NCBI GenBank assembly: GCA_964016885.1
Contig: OZ024744.1
Coordinates: 104,656,001-104,720,000, forward strand
Reading direction: 5' to 3'
Source: Eledone cirrhosa
Lineage: Eukaryota
Length of the DNA stretch: 64,000 nucleotides
Part shown: piece by piece, positions 30,001 through 42,431 of the stretch
Layout: the number at the start of each line of letters is the position of its first letter
Position numbering within the stretch: position 1 is the first letter of the stretch
Program-made: the position numbers and the translations under genes
Notes under the pieces: model-generated
The model's input: the letters and a program-made list of their open reading frames with translations, nothing else
The model's database searches: none
What the model was told of the DNA's origin: nothing

Positions 30001-33000
30001 TAGTATCTAGCCCTTGTTCTACCACTATAGTATCTAGCCCTTGTTCTGCCACTATAGTATCTAGTGCTTGCTCTGCCAGTATAGTGTCTAGCCCTTGTTT
30101 TGCCACTATAGTATCTACCCCTTTTCTGCCAGTATAGTATCTTGCCCTTGTTTTGCAACTAGAGTATCTAGCCCTTGTTCTGCTACTGTAGTGTCTAGCC
30201 CGTGTTCTTTTAGTATAGTATGTAGCCCTTGTTCTGCCACTATAGTATCTACCCCTTGTTCTACCACTATAGGATCTAGCCCTTCTCCTGCCACTAGAGT
30301 ATCTAACCCTTCTACTGCCACTATAGTATCTAGCCCTTGTTCTGTCACTATAGTATCTAGCCCTTATTTGGGCAGTATAGTATCTAGCCCTTGTTCTGTT
30401 ACTCTAGTATCTAGCCCTTGTTCTGTTACTATAGTATCTAGCCTTTGTTCTGCCATTATAGTATCTAGCCCTTGTTCTGCCACTGTAGGATCTAGCCTTT
30501 CTTCTGCCACTATAGTATCTAGCCCTTGTTCTGTCAGTATAGTATCTAGCCCTTGTTCTGCCACTATAGTATCAAGCCCTTGTTCTGTCACAATAGTATC
30601 TAGTCCTTGTTCGGGCAGTATAGTATCTAGCCCTTGTTCTGTTACTCTAGTATCTAGCCCTTGTTCTGTTACTATAGTATCTAGCCTTTGTTCTGCCATT
30701 ATAGTATCTAGCCCTTGTTCTGCCACTGTAGGATCTAGCCTTTCTTCTGCCACTATAGTATCTAGCCCTTGTTCTGTCACTATAGTATCTAGCCCTTGTT
30801 CGGGCAGTATAGTATCTAGCCCTTCTTCTGCCACTGTAGTGTCTAGCCCGTGTTCTTTCAGTATAGTATCTAGCCCTTGTTCTGCCACTATAGTATCTAA
30901 CCCTTGTTCTGTCACTATAGTATCTAGCCCTTGTTCTGCCACTATAGTATCTAGCCCTTGTTCTGCCACTGTAGTATCTAGCCCTTATTCTGCCACTATA
31001 GTATCTAGCCCTTCTTCTGCTGCTATAGTATCTAGCCCTTGTTCTGCCACTATAGTATTTAGCCCTTGTTCTGCCACTATACTATCTGGCGCTTGATCTG
31101 CCACTATAGTATCTAGCCCTTATTCTGCCACTATAGTATCTAGCCCTTGTTCTGTCACTATAGTATCTAGCCCTTCCTCTGCCACTATAGTATCTAGCCA
31201 TTGTTCTGCAACTGTAGTGCCTAGCCCTTGTTCTGTCAGTATAGTATCTAGCCCTTGTTCTGCCACTATAGTATCTAGCCCTTGTTCTACCACTATCGTA
31301 TCTAGCCCTTGTTCTGCCACTATAATATCTAGCCCTTGTTCTGCCAATGTAGTATCTAGCCCTTGTTTTGCCACTATAGTATCTAGCCCTTATTCTCCCA
31401 CTATAGTATCTATCCCTTAATATCTAGCCCTTGTTCTGCCACTATTGTATCTAGTCCTTGTTCTGTCAGTATGGAATCTAGCCCTTGTTCTGCCACTATA
31501 GTATCTAGCCCTTGTTCTGCCAGTATAGTATCTACCCCTTGTTCTACCACTATCATATCTAGCCCTTGTTCAGCCACTATAATATCTATCCCTTGTTCTA
31601 CCACTGTAATATCTAGCCTTTGTTCTGCCACTATTGTATCTAGTCCTTGTTCTGTCAGTATGAAATCTAGCCCTTGTTCTACCACTATAGTATCTACCCC
31701 TTGTTCTACCACTATCGTATCTAGCCCTTGTTCTGCCACTATAATATCTTGCGCTTGTCCAGCCACTATAGTATCTAACACTTGTTCTCCCACTATAGTA
31801 TCTAGCCCTTGTTCTGCCAATGTAGTATCTAGCCCTTGTTTTCCAACTATAGTATCTAGCCCTTGTTCTGCCACTATAGTATCTAGCCCTTGTTCGGCCA
31901 CTATAGGATATAGCCTTTCTTCTGCCACTAAAGTATCTAGCCCTTGTTCAGCAACTATAGTATCTAGCCCTTATTCTCCCACTATAGTATCTATCCCTTG
32001 TTCTGCCACTATTGTATCTAGTCCTTGTTCAGTCAGTATGGAATCTAGCCATTGTTCTACCACTATAGTATCTAGCCCTTGTTCTGCCACTATAGTATCT
32101 AGTGCTTGCTCTGCCAGTATAGGGTCTTGCCCTTGTTTTGCCACTATAGTATCTACCCCTTGTTCTGCCAGTATAGTATCTTGCCCTTGTTTTGCCACTA
32201 TAGTATCTAGCCCTTGTTCTGCCACTATAGTATCTAGCCCTTGTTCTGCCACTATAGGATCTAGCCATTCTTATGCCACTATAGTATCTAGCCCTTGTTC
32301 TGTCACTATAGTATCTAGCCCTTGTTCGGGCAGTATAGTATCTAGCCCTTGTTCTGCCACTATAGTATCTAGCCCTTTTTCTGCCACTATAGTAACTAGC
32401 CCTTGTTCTGCCAGTATAGTGTCTAGCCCTTGTTCTGCCACTATAGTATTGAGCCCTTGTTCTGCCAGTATAGTATCTACCCCTTGTTCTGCCAGTATAG
32501 TATCTATCCCCTGTTCTGCCACTATAATATCTAGCCCTTGTTTTGCCACTATATTATCTAGACCTTATTCTTCCACTATAGTATCTAGCCCTTCTTCTGC
32601 TGCTATAGTATCTAGCCCTTGTTCTGCCACTATAGTATTTAGCCCTTGTTCTTCCACTATAGTATTTAGCCCTTGATCTGCCACTATAGTATCTAGCCCT
32701 TCTTCTGTCACTATAGTATCTAGCCCTTGTTCTGCCACTATAGTATCTAGCCCTTGTTCTGCCACTACAGTATCTAGCCCTTGTTCGGGCAGTATAGTAT
32801 CTAGCCCTTCATCTGCCACTATAGTATCTAGCCCTTGTTCTGCCACTATAGTATCTAGCCCTTCTTCTGTCACTATAGTATCTAGCCCTTGTTCGGGCAG
32901 TATAGTATCTAGCCCTCGTTCTGCCACTATAGTATCTAGCCCTTGTTCTGTCACTATAGTATCTACCCCTTGTTCTGCCACTATAGTATCTAGCCCGTGT

Positions 33001-36000
33001 TCTGACAGTATAGTATCTAGCCCTTGTTCTGCCACTATAGTATGTAGCCCTTGTTCTGCCAGTACAGTATCTACCCCTTGTTCTGCCAGTATAGTATCTA
33101 CCCCTTGTTCTGCCACTATAATATCTAGCCCTTGTTCTGCCACATGTAGTATCTAGCCCTTGTTCAGCCACTATAGTATCTAGACCTTGTTCTGCCACTA
33201 TAGTATTTAGCCCTTGTTCTGCCACTATAGTATCTAACCCTTGTTTTGCCACTATAGTACCTAGCCCTAACTCTGCCACTATAGTATCTAGCCCTTGTTC
33301 TGCCACTATAGGATATAGCCTTTATTATGCCACTATAGTATCTAGCCCTTGTTCTGTCACTATAGTATCTACCCCTTGTTCGGGCAGTATAGTATCTAGC
33401 CCTTCATCTGCCACTATAGTATCTAGCCCTTGTTCTGCCACTATAGTATCTAGCCCTTCTTCTGTCACTATAGTATCTAGCCCTTGTTCAGGCAGTATAG
33501 TATCTAGCCCTTGTTCTGCCACTATAGTATCTAGACCTTGTTCTGCCACTATAGTATTTAGCCCTTGTTCTGCCACTATAGTATCTAACCCTTGTTTTGC
33601 CAGTATAGTACCTAGCCCTAACTCTGCCACTATAGTATCTAGCCCTTGTTCTGCCACCATAGTATCTAGCCCTTGTTCTGCCACTATAGGATATAGCCTT
33701 TATTATGCCACTATAGTATCTAGCCCTTGTTCTGTCACTATAGTATCTAGCCCTTGTTCAGGCAGTATAGTATCTAGCCCTTCATCTGCCACTATAGTAT
33801 CTAGCCCTTGTTCTGCCACTATAGTATCTAGCCCTTGTTCAGCCACTATAGTATCTAGACCTTGTTCTGCCACTATAGTATCTAGCTCTTGTTCTGTCAG
33901 TGTAGTATCTAGCCCTTGTTCTGCCACTATAGTATCTAGCCCTTGTTTTGCCACTATAGTATCTAGCCCTTGTTCTGCCACCATAGTACCTAGCCCTTGT
34001 TCTGCCACTATAGTATCTAGCCCTTGTTCGGGCAGTATAGTATTTAGCCCTTATTCTGCCACTATAGTATCTAGCCCTTGTTCTGTCACTATAGTATCTA
34101 GCCCTTGTTCTGCCACTATAGTATCTAGCCCTTGTTCTGCCACTATAGTATCTAGCCCTTGTTCTGCCAGTATAGTATCTAGCCCTTGATCTGCCACTAT
34201 AGTATCTAGCCCTTGTTCTGCCACTATAGGATCTACCCCTTCTTCTGCCACTATAGTATGTAACCCTTCTTCTGCCACTATAGTATCTAGCCCTTATTCT
34301 GCCATTATATTATCTAGACCTTATTCTTCCACTATAGTATCTAGCCCTTCTTCTGCTGCTATAGTATCTAGCCCTTGTTCTGCCACTATAGTATTTAGCC
34401 CTTGTTCTGCCACTATAGTATCTAACCCTTGTTCTGCCACTATAGTACCTAGCCCTAACTCTGCCACTATAGTATCTAGCCCATGTTCTGTCAGTATAGT
34501 ATCTAGTCCTTGTTCTGCCAGTATAGTATCTACCCCTTTTTCTGCCACTATAGTATCTAGCGCTTGCTCTGCCACATGTAGTATCTAGCCCTTGTTCTGC
34601 CACTATAGTATCTAACCCTTGTTCTGCCACTATAGTATTTAGCCCTTGTTCTGCCACTATAGTATCTAACCCTTGATCTGCCACTATAGTACCTAGCCCT
34701 AACTCTGCCACTATAGTATCTAGCCCATGTTCTGTCACTATAGTATCTAGTCCTTGTTCTGCCACTATAGTATCTACCCCTTTTTCTGCCACTATAGTAA
34801 CTAGCCCTTGTTCTGCCAGTATAGTGTCTAGCCCTTGTTCTGCCACTATAGTATCTACCCTTTTTTCTGCCACTATAGTATCCAGCTCTTGTTCTGCCAC
34901 TATAGTATCTAGCCCATGTTCTGCCTCTATAGTATCTAGCCCTTGTTCTGCCACTATAGTATCCAGCCCTTGTTCTGCCTCTATAGTATCTAGCCTTTGT
35001 TCTGCCACTATAGTATCTAGCCCTTGTTCTGCCTCTATAGTATATAGCCCTTTTTCTGCCACTATAGTATCTAGCCCTTGTTCTGCCTCTATAGTATCTA
35101 GCCCTTGTTCTGCCACTATAGTATCTAGCCCTTGTTCTGCCACTATAGTATCTAGCCCTTGTTCTGTCAGTATAGTACCTAGTCCTTGTCCTGCCACTAT
35201 AGTATCTAGCCTTTGTTTTGCCACTATAGTATCTAGCCCTTGTTCTGCCTCTATAGTATATAGCCCTTTTTCTGCCACTATAGTATCTAGCCCTTGTTCT
35301 ACCACTATAGTATCTAGGCCTTGTTCTGTCAGTATAGTATCTAGCCCTTGTTCTGCCACTATAGTATCTAGCGCTTGCTCTGCCACATGTAGTATCTAGC
35401 CCGTGTTCTGCCACTATAGGATCTACCCCTTCTTCTGCCACTATAGTATCTAGCCCGTGTTCTGCCACTATAGGATCTACCCCTTCTTCTGCCACTATAG
35501 TATCTAACCCTTGTTCTGCCACTATAGTATCTAGCCCTTGTCCTGCCACTATAGTATCTAGCCCTTGTCCTGCCACTATAGTATCTAGCCCTTGTTCTGC
35601 CACTATAGTATATAGCCCTTGTTCTGCCACTATAGTATCTAGCCCTTGTCCTGCCACTATAGTATCTAGCCCTTGTTCTGCCACTATAGTATATAGCCCT
35701 TGTCCTGCCACTATAGTATCTAGCCCTTGTCCTGCCACTATAGTATCTAGCCCTTGTTCTGCCAGTATAGTATCTAGCCCTTGTCCTGCCACTATAGTAT
35801 CTAGCCCTTGTTCTGCCACTATAGTATATAGCCCTTGTTCTGCCACTATAGTATCTAGCCCTTGTCCTGCCACTATAGTATCTAGCCCTTGTTCTGCCAC
35901 TATAGTATCTAGCCCTTGTTCTGCCACTATAGTATCTAGCCCTTGTTCTGCCACTATAGTATCTAGCCCTTGTTCTGCCACTATAGTATCTAGCCCTTGT

Positions 36001-36385
36001 TCTGCCACTATAGTATATAGCCCTTGTTCTGCCACTATAGTATCTAGCCCTTGTCCTGCCACTATAGTATCTAGCCCTTGTTCTGCCACTATAGTATATA
36101 GCCCTTGTTCTGCCACTATAGTATCTAGCCCTTGTTCTGCCACTATAGTATCTAGCCCTTGTTCTGCCACTATAGTATATAGCCCTTGTTCTGCCACTAT
36201 AGTATCTAGCCCTTGTTCTGCCACTATAGTATATAGCCCTTGTTCTGCCACTATAGTATCTAGCCCTTGTCCTGCCACTATAGTATCTAGCCCTTGTTCT
36301 GCCACTATAGTATCTAGCCCTTGTTTTGCCACTATAGTATCTAGCCCTTGTCCTGCCACTATAGTATCTAGCCCTAGTTCTGCCA
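1..36385. repeat. Giant 27-bp tandem array (about 1350 units in the window, open at the left edge)
   Basis: Continuous iteration of CTAGCCCTTGTTCTGCCACTATAGTAT with point variants and occasional 24-26 bp units; ORF track shows 9-aa periodicity (ATIVSSPCS, AEQGLDTIV, YYSGRTRAR). Ends at ...gccctagttctgcca|ggaaag. Confidence 0.99.
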
Positions 36386-36480
36386 GGAAAGTATGGATAC
36401 AAAAGAGATGTAGTTGGATTGCGGCAAGGGTATAGATTACATGCAGTAGATGCACAGGAGAAGTAAGCCCTAAGAACATA
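36380..36480 (+). mobile_element. RTE LINE remnant, Cys-rich zinc-finger segment abutting the array
   Basis: Array plus frame continues as ...SSARKVWIQKRCSWIAARV*ITCSRCTGEVSPKNI, matching CKVWVHKRCSGI...FTCGWCSGAISS in the RTE ORF at 54295-55278. Confidence 0.75.
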
Positions 36481-37138
36481 TCATAATCATCCTCCTCATC
36501 ATCATCATCATCGTTTAATGTCTATCTTGCACGCTAGCATGGGCTAGACAGGAATTGTCCCACGTGAGGAAAGATTGGTTGGGTGACCGTGTCTCGCTCG
36601 TATAGGACTGTCTGGCAGGTTTTCTATGGCTGGATGCCCTTCCTAACACCAACCACATTTACAGTGTGGACTGGGAGGTTTTTCCAATGTTACCTACACT
36701 GACACATTACAGCGTGGACTGCGTGTTTTTTTGTCGTGACACCTACACGACCTCATTTATTTAGGACTGGATGTTGTGGTACCAACATAACATTACAGAG
36801 AAAGGGGTTGTGTAGATGGGGGTGAGGGTAGGGGTAGTGGGATGGGGGTGTGTATTTGGTTAAGAGGTGCCTACTGACTGTAGATTTCGCTTTGTACAAA
36901 GGCAAGGCGGGTCTTCCGTATTACTGCGTGGCGCCAAAGATCTTGGTCCACTGACATGGAGGTGTGTAAGGTCGGAATTTATCAAATCGTCCCAGGTTTT
37001 TCTGGGTTTGCCTACTCCGTAACTTTTATCAATTTTGCTCGCCCTGCACTTTTTTATACAGCTGTCATCATGTGACCATACGAGCATAGTCTACTTTCGA
37101 GTAAACAGCATCTGATCCCACTTATTCCTAATTTCTAT
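36481..37138 (-). mobile_element. 5'-truncated RTE LINE 3' end with (GAT)n tail, inserted into another RTE
   Basis: ORF 36860-37087 (CIKKCRASKID...GKPRKTWDDLINSDLTHLH) matches the C-terminus of ORF 54295-55278; 3' UTR like 53897-54290; (cat)n at about 36497-36512. Confidence 0.85.
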
Positions 37139-37139
37139 A

Positions 37140-37740
37140 TTAAATAGATTCCCTCAGCTGCCAGAGGAGCTCGCTTAGATGCCGTTGACAGCTTTTGCTA
37201 CCTAGGTGATCAAATTAGCAGTGGGGAGTATGTACCAAAAATGTGATAGCTAAGGTAAGAACAATTTGGAAGAAGTTCATAGATCTATTACCATTGCTAA
37301 AAACAAAATGCTTTTCTCTCAGAGTGAAGGGTAGACTGTATGATGCCTGTGTGCAAACCACAATGTTACATGGCAGTAAAACATGGACCTACAGCGGCTG
37401 GAAAGAAATGAGTCAAGTATACTCCAATAGATGTGTAATATTAGTGCCCATGAGTTACATAGCATAAACAAACTGAGGAACTAATTAGTATAAGGGGAAT
37501 TTGTTGTAATGTGTAAGAGAGAGGACTATATTTCTATTGCCATCTGATACACATGGATGATTGCAGCTGCATGAAGAAATGTAGAGAAACTCCAGTGGCT
37601 GTGACCTAAAGAAGAGGCAGACCCAGGAAGACATGGGAAGAGTTTGTGAAGACTGACCATGAAGAAAGCTAAATCTCACAATAGAAATGACTAAAGACTG
37701 CAAGGGCTGGCACTGTGTAGTGCTGAAGAAGACCTGACCT
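37140..37740 (+). mobile_element. Degenerate RTE LINE 3' portion, continuation of 36380-36480
   Basis: IDSLSC...VDSFCYLGDQISSG, then AKVRTIWKKFIDLLPLLKTKCFSLRVKGRLYDACVQTTMLHGSKTW; frameshifts and stops. Confidence 0.88.
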
Positions 37741-37819
37741 GCAGCATACACTGTGACCTGACCTACCACTACCACTCACTAACAGCTATTCTCAACATCA
37801 TTACACCCCCTACACACAC

Positions 37820-38020
37820 AAATGGCAGCTTTTCCCCATGCGAAGTGGTTAGTGATGGGAAGGGCATCCAGCCATGGAGGGCGTGCTGAACAAAGACACA
37901 AATCCTGGGACTGCCTGGGACATCAGTATTTCTGCTTCAGTATAGTCTTGGTCTATGGAAACCCATCCAACCCATGCTAGCAGGGAAAGCAGGCATTGAA
38001 ACAATAATGATGATGACGAT
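37820..38020 (+). mobile_element. RTE 3' UTR / SINE-tail fragment
   Basis: Motif gggaagggcatccagcc...aacccatgctagcagggaaagcag then (gat)n, shared with many copies in the window. Confidence 0.6.
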
Positions 38021-38464
38021 CCAACTGACCTAAAAAACTTGGGAAAATTTGAAATCTAATCATCCCAACCCAGATGACTATATCAATAGTTGATCAGCAT
38101 AAATAATAGTTGTAAACTACCCTGGAGATGTGCGTCTGTCTATTTTTTTCTGTTTTTGTCAATTATTATATTTAGTGATCAACTATTGTATTTATTTCTA
38201 TATACACATAACTAAGTTTACTAACTGGAATATTTTACATACAATAATTAAATAATTTATGGGGTTGGGAGAATTTCATTTGAGAACATATTCTATAGAA
38301 TTTTTTAAGAAGTGTCATTTCAATTTCAATTTTGAGTCATTGCTACATCTGAAAATGTAAATATTTGATGTTAGATTTCATTTTCCTCTTTCTCATAAAA
38401 TAAAAATCCCATACAGCATACGTAAATACTGAAATAAAACATCCTGGTTGAATAAGTAATTACA

Positions 38465-40274
38465 AATATGACATTACATTGACCAGATCAACACATATGG
38501 TATTACATTGACCAGATCAATACTTATGGCATTACATTGACCAGATCAACACATATGGCATTACATTGACCAGATCAGCACATATGGCATTAGGTTGACC
38601 AGATCAACACATATGGCATTAGGTTGACCAGATCAACACATATAACATTACATTGATCAGATCAACACATATGGCATTACATTGATCAGATCAACACATA
38701 TGGCATTACATTGATCAGATCAACACATATGGCATTACATTGATCAGATCAAAACATATTACATTGACATGATCAACACATATGGCATTAGGTTGACCAG
38801 ATCAACACATATGGCATTAGGTTGACCAGATCAACACATATGACATTACATTGATCAGATCAACACATATGGCATTACATTGATCAGATCAACACATATG
38901 GCATTACATTGATCAGATCAAAACATATTACATTGACAAGATCAACACATATGGCATTAGGTTGACCAGATCAACACATATGACATTACATTGATCAGAT
39001 CAACACATATGGCATTACATTGATCAGATCAACACATATAACATTACATTGATCAGATCAACACATATAGCATTAGGTTGATCAGATCAACACATATTAC
39101 ATTGACCAGATCAACACATATTACATTGACCAGATCAACACATATGGCATTGACCAGAACAACGCATATGACATTACATTGACCAGATCAACATATATGG
39201 CATTACATTGACCAGATCAACACATATGGCATTGACCAGAACAACGCATATGACATTACATTGACCAGATCAACATATATGGCATTACATTGACCAGATC
39301 AACACATATAGCATTACATTGACAAAATCAACATATATGGCATTACATTGACCAGATCAACACATATAGCATTAGGTTGATCAGATCAACACACATTACA
39401 TTGACCAGATCAACACATATGGCATTGACCAGAACAACGCATATGACATTACATTGACCAGATCAACATATATGGCATTACATTGACCAGATCAACATAT
39501 ATGGCATTAGGTTGATCAGATCAAGAGATCAACACACATGGCATTAGGTTGATCAGATCAAGAGATCAACACACATGGCATTAGGTTGATCAGATCAAGA
39601 GATCAACACACATGGCATTAGGTTGATCAGATCAAGAGATCAACACATATAGCATTAGGTTGATCAGATTATTACATATGGCATTACATTGATCAGATCA
39701 ACACATATGGCATTACATTGACCAGATCAACACATATGGCATTACATTGATCAGATAACGAGATCAACACATATGGCATTACATTGACCAGATCAACACA
39801 TATGGCATTACATTGACCAGATCAACATATATGGCATTAGGTTGATCAGATAAAGAGATCAACACATATGGCATTAGGTTGATAAACTCAACACATATGG
39901 CATTACATTGACCAGATCAACACATATGGCATTAGGTTGACTAGATCAACATATATGGCATTACATTGACCAGATCAACACATATGACATTAGGTTGACC
40001 AGATCAACACATATGGCATTACATTGACCAGATCAACACATATGGCATTAGGTTGACCAGATCAACACATATGGCATTTCATTGACCAGATCAACACACA
40101 TGATATTACACTGATCAGATCAACACATATGATATTACATTGACCAGATCAACACATATGGCATTACATTGACCAGATCAACACATATGGCTTTACATTG
40201 ACCAGATCAACACATATGGCATTACATTGACCAGATCAACACATATGGCATTACATTGACCAGATCAACACATA
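38465..40274. repeat. 29-bp minisatellite (CACATATGGCATTACATTGACCAGATCAA)n, about 62 units
   Basis: Direct tandem iteration with TTACAT/TTAGGT and GACC/GATC variants; ends about 45 nt from a NECAP splice donor. Confidence 0.97.
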
Positions 40275-40319
40275 CTTTTGTTATAGAAAAGATTAAAAAA
40301 TATAGTTTTAGTAACTTAC

Positions 40320-40428
40320 ACCAATATTTAGTTTCATAGTTTGTCCTTCTTTTAGACTAAGGTCAAGTTTTGGAGCACTACCTAAATCTTTGGACATTTT
40401 CTCCATTTCTTGTTCTTGTTTCAACCAC
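40320..40428 (-). CDS. NECAP: NECAP coding exon (K)WLKQEQEMEKMSKDLGSAPKLDLSLKEGQTMKLNIG
   Basis: AG acceptor 40430-40429, GTAAGT donor after 40320; 109 nt, phase 2 in and phase 0 out; has the NECAP PKLDLxxKEGQTxKLxIG motif. Confidence 0.95.
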
Positions 40429-40679
40429 CTGAGTTAAAAGTGAAAATAACAAAAAACCACAATAGGTATAAATTTTCAAAACAAATAAACAAAAATCATT
40501 TAATACATTTAAAAACGTATTAAAGATGATGATGATGAAGTAAAATGACTTAGCTCCATATAATATACAACTATACAAACCCTCTAACTATATAAAGAGT
40601 ATAACAACAATAAAACAGAAAACAGCCACTTCTCCGATGGCAACATAATCCTATCCTCTTTCCAACTTAGCTAGGTTTA

Positions 40680-41445
40680 CTATAAGGCGCTTTCGTTCCA
40701 GATTTTGTTTCTATGTCTGAAACTTCTCTATTTCTTCAGTTTCAGCTATGAGGGTTAGATAATCAGCATACAAGAGTTCCCATGGACAACCAATCATGAA
40801 TTCTTCTGTTATGACCTACATGATTAAAATAAACAAGAGGCTGAGAACTGACCCTTGATGAACTCTCACCTGCACTCATTGACAACTCTTACCCTACTGG
40901 TTGTGCCTCTGTACAAAATCTTTAAACCCCACATAAGCAGATCATCTATCCTTCCTTAGCTTCCTAAGTGTCACCAAATTATAGAGTAACAGATTCTGTC
41001 AGCCTTTTCCAGGTCAACAAATGCTATATGTAAGGGTCACTATTTAGCTAAATACTGCTCCTGCAGTCATCTCACTAGGAAGATGGCATTGGTAGTGCTT
41101 CTCTCAGACATTAAGCCAAACTGTGTCTCTTCAAGTTTGATTCTGTTCCCAATCAACTTTGCTATCACTCTTTTTGTAACCTTCATAACCTGATCTAACA
41201 ATTTCATGCCTCTGTAATTACCGTTCTCTAATGCATCTCCTTTACCTGTGTAGCAGTTGATAATGATGCTGAAACTTCATGAGATATGTAGCAGTTGATA
41301 ATGATGCTACTATGCCAATCATTGGGTATAACACCTTCCTGTATTACCTGGTTATGTAAATAACTAGTCTGTGTCATGTTCCACCAGATAATTTCAGTAA
41401 TAAATCCTGATGATCCAGCTGCCTTCCCTACCCTCAGTGTTTCTA
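40680..41445 (-). mobile_element. Degenerate RTE LINE, RT core fragment
   Basis: Minus-strand NQVIQEGVIPNDWHSSIIINCY, HQGSVLSLLF and PWELLYAD motifs with stops and frameshifts. Confidence 0.85.
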
Positions 41446-41479
41446 TTCTAAGCCATATACATACAGTACTAGAAGAAGA

Positions 41480-41620
41480 AATAACTCCAGAATTGGTCTG
41501 GTACTTCATTTATTGACTTTAAAAGGATGAAAGGCAAAGTTGACCTCAACGGGATTACAACTTATAGCACAGAAAGACGAAACAAATACCATTCTTTCCA
41601 GCATACTAATTAATGACTTT
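41480..41620 (+). mobile_element. SINE fragment
   Basis: ctggtacttcatttattgac...aaggatgaaaggcaaagttgacctc, similar to 46865-46920. Confidence 0.55.
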
Positions 41621-41825
41621 CCAGAATTGTAATTCCTGATAAAATATCTGAAGCAATATTATATAAACATTAACTATTTCAAAGTCTAGAGAATGCTACT
41701 GTAACATCAGGATGTCCTACACACTCACCTAATCCATTGAAATATCCTCACATTTGATAAAGGTATCAAATACCAGCACCATGGATCATAATGCTGCTTC
41801 ATTAACCATAGAAAATATATTTACA

Positions 41826-42346
41826 TGTGTCCAGCTGTTTGAGCGAAGTCAAGTTGAGAGAAGTTAAAATTATGTGCATTTTGAGCGATGTCTATTTGAG
41901 CGAACCTCAAACTGTTTTTTTAAAGATGCTCTCAGTGAAGTTGTCAAAAATAAAACTATACTAGAAATTTACGATTTTTTTGGTACAAATATTTACACCT
42001 TCACAAGGGGTAAATAAAAATTATTAAAAATCAACACATTTTATGGTAGAAAGAACTAAAACTTCACAACGTTTAAAATCAAAAAAATTAATTCTAGAAA
42101 GAATAAATATCCAAAAATTAATGTCGTAGGCAAGGTGTCTAAGATAATCTGTAATTTCTAAATCATCTCTTGATTCAACGATGCTTTTAATTCTTCTTTC
42201 TAAGTTCACGTACTTCCTCTTCTTTTGTACAGGTTCTCAACAAATTCCAAAATATTTCATCCTTTGTAGGCTCTCTTCCCTTCGTAAATTAATCTTCACT
42301 GAAATTACCGTTTGCTCTTAAGGTTTCGCTCAAAATGAATGGAACC
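41826..42346 (-). mobile_element. Non-autonomous MULE/Mutator-like DNA transposon remnant
   Basis: Exact 9-bp TSD ATATTTACA at 41817-41825 and 42347-42355; imperfect TIRs (tttgagcgaa / ttcgctcaaa); ORF 42024-42209 (ITDYLRHLAYDINF) resembles MULE transposase C-termini. Confidence 0.7.
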
Positions 42347-42431
42347 ATATTTACAAACCACCTACATAAATACATCTGTCTTTATTGTTTCCATTAATTT
42401 ACCTGAACGTTGAACTGTAATTTGCATAAGT

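Noticed and set aside
434-36402. Many long ORFs (AEQGLDTIV, ATIVSSPCS, YYSGRTRAR repeats) as a repetitive protein gene
   Set aside because: A 27-bp unit without stops in three frames gives ORFs automatically; stops and frameshifting 26-bp units are scattered throughout on both strands.
34557-36479. 640-aa ORF with a hydrophobic, signal-like N-terminus
   Set aside because: The N-terminus is the antisense of an RTE zinc-finger remnant, and the ORF changes repeat frame midway.
1-40274. CRISPR array reading of the 27-bp and 29-bp repeats
   Set aside because: Units are head-to-tail with no unique spacers; no cas genes; eukaryotic context.
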